Source of the DNA: Acidimicrobiia bacterium
Lineage (GTDB): Bacteria; Actinomycetota; Acidimicrobiia; Acidimicrobiales; Bin134
Direction of reading: 5' to 3'
NCBI GenBank assembly: GCA_009843865.1
Contig: VYCQ01000014.1
Location: 23,247-87,246 of the forward strand
Length of the DNA: 64,000 bases
The notes under the pieces were generated by a model, which was not told the DNA's origin, searched no databases, and worked only from the letters and a program-made list of their open reading frames with translations. This document shows, piece after piece, positions 9,345 through 18,100 of this stretch. Positions within the stretch are counted from its first letter, which is position 1, and every line of letters starts with the position of its first letter. A program made the position numbers and the translations under genes.

Positions 9345-9544
9345 TCATAGAAGCAGGAAGCATCAACCCCACTCTGTACCCTCTTTACCCTCAACCCCGT
9401 TCTGACGCTGTGACAGCAACCTGTTTCCATGTCTCGCAGATCGCTTACGAACTTCCTAAGGCATTCGACAAACTGCGCGTACTACTCTGAGGTCAGACGT
9501 TTGTAATCGCGCTCAAACGAGAGCATCGTATGGAAGGTTGGCAT
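9345..9544 (-). pseudogene. RelE/ParE-superfamily-like toxin remnant
   Basis: MPTFHTMLSFERDYKRLTSE*YAQFVECLRKFVSDLRD...GLRVKRVQSGV. There is an in-frame TAG at 9482-9484, and the 3' part is overrun by the start of the PLD gene. Confidence 0.45.
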
Positions 9545-9555
9545 TAACGACCGGC

Positions 9556-9792
9556 TTAGGAATCTGAATGCTCAGCCAGCTTGCTCAATCCTGTAATGAG
9601 TTCTTCTGTGCTAGTATAAAAGGTACCATTAGAACGATCAGCAACCACCCCTTTTCCGATATCGGCATCGAAATCGGAAAAGGTCAATACCTCATCTACA
9701 GCATTCTCGTCCAGCCGAACGAACGAACTCTGCTTCTTCAAGTTTGATAGTACCAGGGGAAGGCTCGTGTAGATGTTCTTCGTCCATGACAC
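9556..9792 (-). CDS. hypothetical protein (78 aa), possible antitoxin of the adjacent toxin remnant
   Basis: GTG-start ORF that ends 11 nt before the toxin-like remnant. No motif recognised. Confidence 0.35.
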   Translation of the reverse strand: MSWTKNIYTSLPLVLSNLKKQSSFVRLDENAVDEVLTFSDFDADIGKGVVADRSNGTFYTSTEELITGLSKLAEHSDS

Positions 9793-9816
9793 AAGAATAC
9801 GGCATCTGAGTCCAGA

Positions 9817-10026
9817 TTAGACCCTCAAATCAGAATTGAGATGCATTCCAAACCGCCGCTCAATCTCTTCGACAGATACGCTCTCGAAGCACAACGCGAG
9901 AGCTTCGGCAAGGTTCCCTCATGCCTCAAAAACCGTTTCTCCCTAACTCGCAACATCAACCTCCGGGCAGAATGCGACGTAGCCATCACCCTCGGATTCG
10001 ACAATCGCGATTAAACGCCTATTCAT
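9817..10026 (-). pseudogene. HicB-family antitoxin with two in-frame stop codons
   Basis: A perfect SD (AGGAGGT) precedes MNRRLIAIVESEGDGYVAFCPEVDVAS*GETVFEA*GNLAEALALCFE.... TAG lies at 9943-9945 and TGA at 9919-9921. The sequence matches the HicB N-terminal pattern (DGGY.A.CP.L.GC.SQGET.EEA..N..EA). Confidence 0.6.
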
Positions 10027-10142
10027 CTCCTACCTCCTATTGCAACGTTACTGGCTATGATGAGATCAAGTGGGATGAATAGGATGCTTGTGTGAGCTGC
10101 CGGTAAACCTTACAGTCGTGAAAAACAATTGGAGGAGCTGAA

Positions 10143-10322
10143 GTGGAAGCAGAAACGTTAACAGACGATACAACGATAGAAAGGTTGGAAGAACACGAGG
10201 CAGGAGTAGCTGACCTCATGGCTGCTTATGATTTAGTCGGGCAAAGCTACTTCCCCGCTGCCCGCGCCGCCGCGCCCCTCTACATGCGGATTGTGGCATC
10301 GAACACCACTCAAGTGATCTAG
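10143..10322 (+). CDS. hypothetical small protein (59 aa)
   Basis: GTG start 5 nt after GGAGGAG. Translation is VEAETLTDDTTIERLEEHEAGVADLMAAYDLVGQSYFPAARAAAPLYMRIVASNTTQVI. It falls below the length cut-off of the ORF track. Confidence 0.35.
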   Translation: MEAETLTDDTTIERLEEHEAGVADLMAAYDLVGQSYFPAARAAAPLYMRIVASNTTQVI

Positions 10323-10644
10323 GTGTGAACACTTTAAACAACTAAGTGAGCACACAGGCGACATCGTGATCGTCACAAATGAACCAGGGGGAACCGCCCC
10401 TAACGGAACGATTCCCCCTTTGTAGACCTAAGAGCAGTATACACACGACATGTTGGCTGGAACAGATTTTGAACGTTCTATCTCAGCACGTTTGCTGGAT
10501 TTTTGAGAAGACCTCCAAAAATGCAGAAAGTAGGACAAGCCATCACAAGAAAGGACTAGCGTAAACGATTACTCAAGACACACAGAACTAATCTGCGTAT
10601 CTTGAGTCAATCCAAAGAGACGCTACCTGCACAAAAATTAGCAT

Positions 10645-12201
10645 CTAATAACGAGAAGGATTTGACACACCTATCTCTGGCTCGTTGCCAACACGTCCTG
10701 CTCCAAACCTTTCTGCGGCTTTTCGTATCACAGATGCAATTCGCCTAACGCTGGGCACACTAATATCGATCAAACAACCTGAAGACTGACTTATCGGATT
10801 TTCAAGATTTAGTAGCTGAGATGGCGACCGGCCATGAGGAATCGGTGCTGAGGAAAGAGGAAGTAGCCCATTAGCACGTAGGAGTGCTGTTCTCTTTACG
10901 ATTGCTCGATGGATGTTATGCAATAACCAACCATCCACTCGTGCTAAAGCATCTGAATCGTTCAGAAGAGGATAGCAAGACATAACACCTGTGAAGTGTT
11001 GATATGGAATTTCACCTCGTTGGAAGCTCTTAACTTTCTTCTCAGACAAATCTCCATACAGATATCTTCGTAGTTGTACCAGTAAAGCGACATAGTCGCT
11101 GTCGAGAGTTTCAGTGATTCTATCTGGGTGTTGGTTGTTTTGAAGTGGTTCTCTCAGAAGGTTGTCATAGATCAGTTTTAGACACTTCTGCTTAATTTTA
11201 GCTTCGGCATCACTTGCAAGTTCGCAATGCTCAAGACCCAAGTCGTAACCGAGAAAACGAACACTCCTTTTAGTCCTGATCTCCCCTTCAGATGTCCAAG
11301 ATCGTGGCACTAACAGGCTTATCCCCGCTGATTTCTGCCTATTGAAATCAACTCCCATTCGAGCAGCTTCCTCAGTGAGTATCTCCACTGCTTCACAAAT
11401 ACTGCCGTAAGCATCGCCCCAGATAAGGGTATCGTCTGCATAGCGAACGAACCCTACGCCCACTCTCTCAAGCCTCTGGTCAAGATGCCTAGCAGCCAGG
11501 TTAGCTAGGATAAGACTTATGCTAGTGCCTTGAGGAATACCCTTAGTTGCATCTCTTCCACCATTCGAAACATAAGACTCCTCGGGTATAGAAATCGAAC
11601 GCATAAAAGTAACCATAATGTGCTTTTCTAAATCCGTGAGAAACAGACTTCGTTGTTCAATCATCTCGTAGAGATGTGCATGTGATATATTTGAAAAGAA
11701 CGATTTGAAATCGTACTCGGCAATAAAGACCCTTGTCTTGCCAGTCCACTCTGTGCGCACGAAGTGTATTGCATCGTGAGCTGATAAGTCTTTTCTGTAG
11801 GCGTAGGCTCTCCCACTGAATCGTGAAATGTTTTTAGCAAGAATTTGATCGAACGCAAATCGTGACAAAGCACTATCAGCAATCTGGAACACTGACAGAC
11901 TTCTAACACCTCCGTTAGGTTTGACTATCTCGACCTTTACTGGTGAGCAAGGTCGATAACGGTTCTCCTTTAAAGCCCGCCACATCGCGTGCCCAATCAC
12001 ATCTGCTCGTCGACGTACATGATAAGGATTGAAGCCGGGATCAAGCTTCCACCATGAAGGCTGTGCGGTTTCAAGACGCTGTAAGGGGATCTTAGACCGT
12101 TTCCGACGCCGCTCCCATTCCAGATAGCCTCTATGCATATTGCGCTCGTGACGCTTAATCAGCCTGCTGGCCTCTCTATTGATGTATTGTGACAGCTGCA
12201 A
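10645..12201 (-). CDS. reverse transcriptase (non-retron, group-II-like/defence-associated type), 518 aa
   Basis: RT motifs [67 protein letters not shown] and FLGYDL. TTG start has SD GTGAGG 7 nt upstream; the first ATG is at 12138. The gene is markedly AT-richer than its flanks. Confidence 0.85.
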
Positions 12202-12220
12202 CTCTGAACCTCACTCAACG

Positions 12221-12255
12221 AAAATGTGGTGGGGGCATGCATACCCCCACCACAT
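12221..12255 (-). terminator. terminator/attenuator-like hairpin ~20 nt upstream of the RT start
   Basis: A perfect 12-bp stem, ATGTGGTGGGGG / CCCCCACCACAT, with an 8-nt loop, followed on the minus strand by TTT. Confidence 0.45.
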
Positions 12256-12279
12256 AGCGGCAACGCAATCCGGACAGGG

Positions 12280-12300
12280 AAAAACTGAGCCGAAGCTCAA
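12280..12300 (-). terminator. terminator-like hairpin with UUCG tetraloop and U5 tail
   Basis: Minus strand reads CCUUGAGC-UUCG-GCUCAG-UUUUU, giving a 5-bp stem plus a U.G pair. Confidence 0.4.
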
Positions 12301-12427
12301 GGTGGGTTATCCCACCCCATCAACTGCAAAGCAGCCGTTTCGGTAGCATTGCCTAGCTAACTCTTGCCAGCTAGCTTGATTTTACTTGACGTGGTCTGCG
12401 TTGGGGGGATTGTGAGAAGGGATAGGC

Positions 12428-13975
12428 GTGGCGACAGATCTAGGTGAACTTCAGGGGAAGCTTTGGGAGACGGCGGATCAGCTGCGGGCGAACTCTGGAT
12501 TGAAGGCTTCTGAGTATGCGTCGCCGGTGTTGGGGTTGATCTTTTTGCGGTACGCGGATGAGCGGTTTGCTCAGGTTGAGGAGGTTATCGGGAGGAGGGG
12601 TTCTGAACGGCGGACTATTGGGCCAGAGGACTACCAAGCGGCTGGTGCTCTGTATTTGCTGGAGGAGTCGCGGTTTGGGGCGTTGCTGAACCTTCCTGAA
12701 GGTGCTGATGTCGGCAAAGCGGTCAACCAAGCCATGGTGGGCATCGAGAGCAGCAACCCTGATCTTCAAGGGGTGTTGCCGAAGGACTATTCCCGCATTC
12801 CCGACGACATCTTGGGCGAGCTCTTGCGGCTGTTACGAGCTTTACCGGAAGTGATCGAGGGTGATGGGTTTGGACTAATCTACGAGTACTTCTTGGGGCA
12901 GTTCGCCTTTTCGGAGGGTTCGAAGGGCGGGGAGTTCTTCACCCCCACCTCAATCGTGCGGCTCATCGTGGAGATCCTGGAGCCATTCCACGGCAAGATC
13001 TACGACCCTGCCTGCGGGTCGGGCGGAATGTTCGTCCAGTCGGCCCATTTTGTGGAGCGACACCGCCGCGACCCCAGTGCGGAATTGTCGATCTACGGTC
13101 AGGAGAAGACCGGCGACACCGTCAAGCTCGCCAAGATGAACCTCGCTGTCCACGGGCTCGCCGGCGACATCAAGGAAGGCAACACCTACTACGAGGACCT
13201 CCACGACGCGGTCGGCGAGTTCGACTTCGTGATGGCAAATCCCCCGTTCAACGTCAACAAGATCGACAAGGCCAAACTCGAAGACGACCCTCGGTTCCCG
13301 TTTGGATTACCCAAGCCAGACAACGGCAACTACCTGTGGATCCAGACCTTCTACTCCGCGCTCAACAGGAGCGGGCGAGCTGGGTTTGTTATGGCCAACT
13401 CCGCGTCAGACGCCCGAGGCAGCGAACTGGAGATACGCCGCAAGCTGATCGAGGACCGCAGTGTCGACGTGATTATCGCCGTGGGCACCAACATGTTCTA
13501 CACCGTCACCCTGCCCGTGACGCTGTGGTTCCTCGACCGCGGCAAGAAGTACACCGACCAAGCCGAGCAGGTGCTCTTCATTGACGCCCGCGAGATCTAC
13601 AACCCGATTGACCGGGCCCACCGCGACTGGACACCCCAGCAAATTGAGTTTCTCGCCAACATCGTCCGGCTCTGGAGAGGCCAAGAGCCAAAGTTCGATG
13701 CGGGGAGCGAGGACATGCTTGACGAGAGGTTTCCCGAAGGCCAATATGCCGACGTTGCTGGCCTCTGCGCTGCTGTGACACTCGAGCAGATCGAGGAGCA
13801 GGACTGGAGCCTGAATCCTGGGCGATACGTCGGTATGGCGACGGGTAAGATGCAAGACATCGATTTCGAGACCAGCATTGGTGAGCTTGCCGAGGAATGG
13901 GAACTGCTATCGGCAGAGGCGCTGCGATTGGGTGAGTCAGTTTCCCAGGTTCTCGATTCTGTGTGGCATCAATGA
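12428..13975 (+). CDS. hsdM: Type I restriction-modification system, DNA methyltransferase subunit M
   Basis: GEFFTP, DPACGSGGMF (SAM motif I) and the NPPF catalytic motif. Followed by hsdS with an ATGA overlap. Confidence 0.92.
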   Translation: MATDLGELQGKLWETADQLRANSGLKASEYASPVLGLIFLRYADERFAQVEEVIGRRGSERRTIGPEDYQAAGALYLLEESRFGALLNLPEGADVGKAVNQAMVGIESSNPDLQGVLPKDYSRIPDDILGELLRLLRALPEVIEGDGFGLIYEYFLGQFAFSEGSKGGEFFTPTSIVRLIVEILEPFHGKIYDPACGSGGMFVQSAHFVERHRRDPSAELSIYGQEKTGDTVKLAKMNLAVHGLAGDIKEGNTYYEDLHDAVGEFDFVMANPPFNVNKIDKAKLEDDPRFPFGLPKPDNGNYLWIQTFYSALNRSGRAGFVMANSASDARGSELEIRRKLIEDRSVDVIIAVGTNMFYTVTLPVTLWFLDRGKKYTDQAEQVLFIDAREIYNPIDRAHRDWTPQQIEFLANIVRLWRGQEPKFDAGSEDMLDERFPEGQYADVAGLCAAVTLEQIEEQDWSLNPGRYVGMATGKMQDIDFETSIGELAEEWELLSAEALRLGESVSQVLDSVWHQ

Positions 13976-15189
13976 CAGCACTGAGCGAACTCTGCACCTC
14001 GGTCGACTACGGCTATACGGCCAGCGCTTCTGATGACCCTTCCGCTGGTCCAAAATTTCTTCGGATCACGGACATTGTCCCTGACTCGATCAATTGGGGG
14101 GCTGTTCCTCACTGTGAAATAGAGGATCGCAAGCTCGAGAAGTTTCTTCTCAACGAGGGGGACATCGTTGTTGCCCGTACTGGAGCGACGGTTGGATATG
14201 CGAAACAGATCTGGGCTCGACCCGAGAGTGCTACTTTCGCCAGCTATTTGGTTCGTTTTCGACCTGACGCTGCCAAGGTTAATCCGTACTATCTCGGACA
14301 GATAATTCAGTCTGCTGCATTCAAGAAATGGGTCAAATCCGTAGCGGGTGGGGCTGCGCAACCAAACGCAAATGCGAGACTTCTGGGATCCTATGAAGTC
14401 GTTCTCCCCGACCTAGACATCCAGCGATCCGTTGTCCGTGCCGTGATGATTTTGGAAAGTCTCATGGAGAACAATCGGCGGCGGATTGAGATTTTGGAGG
14501 AGATGACTCGGTTGTTGTACCGGGAGTGGTTTGTGTACTTTCGGTTTCCGGGGCATGAGGATGTCGAGTTGGTCGACTCTGACCTCGGCCCGGTCCCTGA
14601 CGGGTGGAATGTGTCTCCCTTGGTCGAGGCCTGTTCGCTCGTCATGGGCCAGTCGCCAAAGTCGGAGTACTACAACGATTTCGGAGAAGGGCTTCCATTT
14701 CATCAGGGCGTGACCGACTTTGGGCCGCGGTTCCCTACTCACACGAAGTGGACGACGGTGGACAAGCGAGTGGCCGAGCAGGGGGACATCCTGTTCAGCG
14801 TTCGGGCCCCTGTTGGCCGCATCAATGTGGCATCCGATCGTCTTGTAGTGGGAAGAGGCCTCAGTGCGATCCGAGCCTTGGATGGAAATCAGAACTTCTT
14901 GCTGACCCAACTAAAGGACAAGTTTGCAGTTGAGGACTCAATCGGTGGTGGGACAATCTTCAACGCTGTAACCAAGAAGGATATGGAGTCGATCCAGTTG
15001 CTGAAGCCGATCAGACCGATCGTTGAAGCCTTTGAAGATGTGGCTTCTCCGATGGCCGACCTGGTCGCAACTCTTTCTCGACAGAATCTCATACTCCGGG
15101 AGGCTCGTGATCTGCTGTTGCCGCGTCTGGTGTCTGACGAGCTCGATGTAACTGAGCTTGACCTCAACCTGGAGGCTGTGGGGGCGTGA
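13972..15189 (+). CDS. hsdS: Type I R-M specificity subunit S
   Basis: Two target-recognition halves (GDIVVARTGATVGY... and GDILFSVRAPVGR...) are separated by a conserved helical spacer (LESLMENNRRRIEILEEMTRLLYREWFV). It overlaps both hsdM and hsdR. Confidence 0.9.
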   Translation: MTALSELCTSVDYGYTASASDDPSAGPKFLRITDIVPDSINWGAVPHCEIEDRKLEKFLLNEGDIVVARTGATVGYAKQIWARPESATFASYLVRFRPDAAKVNPYYLGQIIQSAAFKKWVKSVAGGAAQPNANARLLGSYEVVLPDLDIQRSVVRAVMILESLMENNRRRIEILEEMTRLLYREWFVYFRFPGHEDVELVDSDLGPVPDGWNVSPLVEACSLVMGQSPKSEYYNDFGEGLPFHQGVTDFGPRFPTHTKWTTVDKRVAEQGDILFSVRAPVGRINVASDRLVVGRGLSAIRALDGNQNFLLTQLKDKFAVEDSIGGGTIFNAVTKKDMESIQLLKPIRPIVEAFEDVASPMADLVATLSRQNLILREARDLLLPRLVSDELDVTELDLNLEAVGA

Positions 15190-18100
15190 ATCCAGGTCGG
15201 TTGAGTGAGGATGCCCTGGTTGAGCAGCCAGCATTGGCGTTGTTGTCGGAATTGGGTTGGGAGGTGCTAGACGGATTAACCGAAGACTTAGGGCCAGCGG
15301 GGACATTGGGACGTGATTCTCAGTCGGAGCCGGTGCTGCGGCATCGGCTCGACGATGCGCTGCGATCTTTAAATCCTGGGGTGCCCAAGTCGGCGTTGGA
15401 TGAGGCTGCTGAGCGGCTGACACAGGATCGCTCAGCGATGGATCGAGTTCGAGCGAACCGTGAGGTCTACGGCCTGCTGCGGGAGGGGGTGAAAGTAGAG
15501 GTCGCTGTCGACAACAGCGAGCGCCAGATGGTGACGGTGCGGTTCGTGGACTGGGATCGCACTTCGGCTAATAGCTGGTTAGCAGTTTCACAATTTTGGA
15601 TCTCCGGCGACATGTACAAGCGCCGGGCCGATGTGGTGTTGTTCGTCAACGGCATTCCATTGGTACTAGTGGAGTTGAAGGTGTCGCACAAGAATGTTCG
15701 TGACGCGTACGACGGTAATTTGCGGGATTACCGGGACACTGTTCCGCATCTGTTCTGGTTCAACGCGTTCGTGATGCTCTCAAACGGGGCAGACACACTA
15801 GTGGGCTCTACGTTTGCGGATTGGAGGCATTTCGCTGAGTGGAAGAAAATCGACACCGAAAGCGAGCAGGGCATCGTGTCGCTGGAGACCGCTCTGCGAG
15901 GGACGTGCGAGCCGTATCGCCTTTTGGATCTGGTGGAGAACTTCACCGCGTTCATGGAGCGGCCGGGCGGGTTGGTGAAAGCGCTAGCCAAAAACCACCA
16001 ATTTCTCGGAGTACACAACTCGCTGGAGGCATTGCGAGAGGTAGGCCAACGAGAAGGCCGATTGGGAGTATTTTGGCACACGCAGGGGTCAGGCAAGTCA
16101 TTGTCGATGCTTTGGTTTACCCAAAAGGTACTACGCAAAGAGCCGGGCAACTGGACGTTTGTGATGGTCACCGACCGCGCCGAACTCGACGATCAGCTTT
16201 ACGAGGATTTCGCTGATTGCGGGGTAATCACCGCGGGCCAAAAAGTTCACGCCGAGTCATCAGCGCATCTGCGCGAGCTGCTGAGCCAAGATCACCGGTA
16301 TGTGTTCACGCTGATTCACAAGTTCATCCCACCCGAGCGAGGCCAACAAATGCCGGTGCTATCAGAGCGGGACAACATCGTGGTGATCACCGATGAGGCG
16401 CATCGCTCTCAATACGACACCCTGGCAGCCAACATGCGCCAAGCGCTGCCCACTGCATCGTTCATCGGGTTCACCGGCACGCCGCTCATCGCTGGCGAGG
16501 AAGAGGAGACCCGGCGGGTGTTTGGCGACTACGTGTCGATCTACAACTTCAGCGACTCCATCGCCGACGGTGCCACCGTTGCGCTCTACTATGAGAACCG
16601 CATCCCCGAACTCCAGTTGATGAACGACGACTTCGACGAAGAGCTCGAAGACCTCCTCGAAGCCGCCGCGCTCGACGATGCTCAAGACAAGGCGGTGGCC
16701 CGCCAGTTCTCTCGCCAGTACCAACTAATCACCCGTCCGCAACGCCTACAGGAGATCGCCGTCGATCTGGTCTGCCACTTCGTCAACCGGGGATTTAGGG
16801 GCAAAGCGATATACGTGGCCATCGACAAGGCCACAGCCGTGAGGATGTACGACCTAGTACAAACCGAATGGGCCCGCTACCAAACAGAGCTAGAGGCCGA
16901 GCTGGCCGATGCGCCCGAGATGGCGCACCCTCACCTGAAGTCGCTCATCGACTTCATGGCCACCACCGACATGGCCGTGGTGGTGTCGCAGGCCCAGAAC
17001 GAGGTGGCTGACATGGCCGAAGCTGGGCTAGACATCGCCAAACACCGCAAGCGCATGGTGGAAAACAACCTCGATGCCAAGTTCAAAGACCCCGATGATC
17101 CGTTCCGATTAGTGTTCGTGTGCGCTATGTGGCTCACCGGTTTTGACTCGCCATCTACCTCAACGGTGTATCTCGACAAGCCGATGCGCAACCACACCCT
17201 GATGCAGACCATCGCCCGAGCCAACCGTGTGTTTCCCGACAAAGACAACGGCCTCATTGTCGACTACGTGGGCGTGTTTCGAAACCTGGAGAGAGCCCTC
17301 GCCATCTATGGCGCGGGCGATATCGGGCTGAAAGGCGGCTCGCCCATCCGTCCCAAAACCGACCTGATCGCAAAACTGCAAGCTGCGCTTGAAGAAATCG
17401 CCAATTTCTGTGACAACCACGATGTCGATCTTACCAAACTGGAGGCCGCTGCGGGCTTTGAGTTCATCGCTCTGCAACAGGCTGCTGTCGAAGCGCTGCT
17501 CGTAGACAATCAAACCAGCCGCACCTACGTAGCGCTGGCCCGGCGAGCCCGAAAAACCTTTAAAGCCCTGCTGCCCGACCCCGAGGCCATGGCCGCGGCC
17601 CACCAGATAGCAATAATCCGAACGATCGCAGCCAAGATCGAATCATCCACCGAGGCCCCCGACATCTCCGGGGTAATGGACTCGGTGTCAGAACTGCTTA
17701 ACCGTTCAGTTGCTACCAACGAATACATCATCGGTACCGCCGGTGCCGACCCGCTCATCGACTTGAACCAGCTCAACTTCGACCAACTCATCGAGCGCTT
17801 CCAAGGGCGTAAGCGCACCGCCGCCAAAGCAATCCAAAGAGATATCGAAGCGCGCCTCAATGATGCTGTGCGCAAGAACCCCACCCGAGGCGACCTCGCC
17901 GAGCGGTTCCGACAACTCATCGACGAATACAATGCCGGAACCCACAACCTCGAAGAACTCCTCCGGCGGCTCAAGGCTATCAACGACGAAATCACCGAAG
18001 AAGAACAACGCGCCGTGCGAGAAGGCATGTCCGAAGAAGAACTCGCCGTCTACGACCTGCTTACCAAACCCGAGCCCGACCTCACCCGCGCCGAAACCAT

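Larger units (their letters stand above)
12221..12427 (-). ncRNA. candidate structured leader/ncRNA upstream of the RT
   Basis: Four hairpins lie on the RT strand within a 226-bp divergent intergenic region (12353-12374, 12301-12316, 12285-12300, 12224-12255). No transcript evidence is available. Confidence 0.3.

Noticed and set aside
8573-9945. Stop-codon reassignment or programmed readthrough as the explanation for the in-frame TAG/TGA/TAA codons
   Set aside because: All conserved housekeeping genes in the window end at ordinary TAA/TAG/TGA at the expected C-termini. The affected genes also carry deletions or truncations, so pseudogenisation is the simpler reading.
10379-10564. 61-aa plus-strand ORF downstream of the RT
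   Set aside because: It has no RBS and an odd composition, and it spans the nested hairpin. It is more likely non-coding.
10645-12201. The RT as the intron-encoded protein of a mobile group II intron
   Set aside because: Only 226 bp separate the RT start from hsdM, which is too little for ribozyme domains I-III. I see no domain-V-like GC-rich 34-nt hairpin downstream and no recognisable maturase/En region. This rests on inspection only.
10645-12427. A classical retron (msr/msd + RT)
   Set aside because: The RT is much longer than typical retron RTs and has FLGYDL where retron RTs have a VTG-type motif. I could not identify flanking a1/a2 inverted repeats with a branching G. An RT+ncRNA system of another class remains possible.
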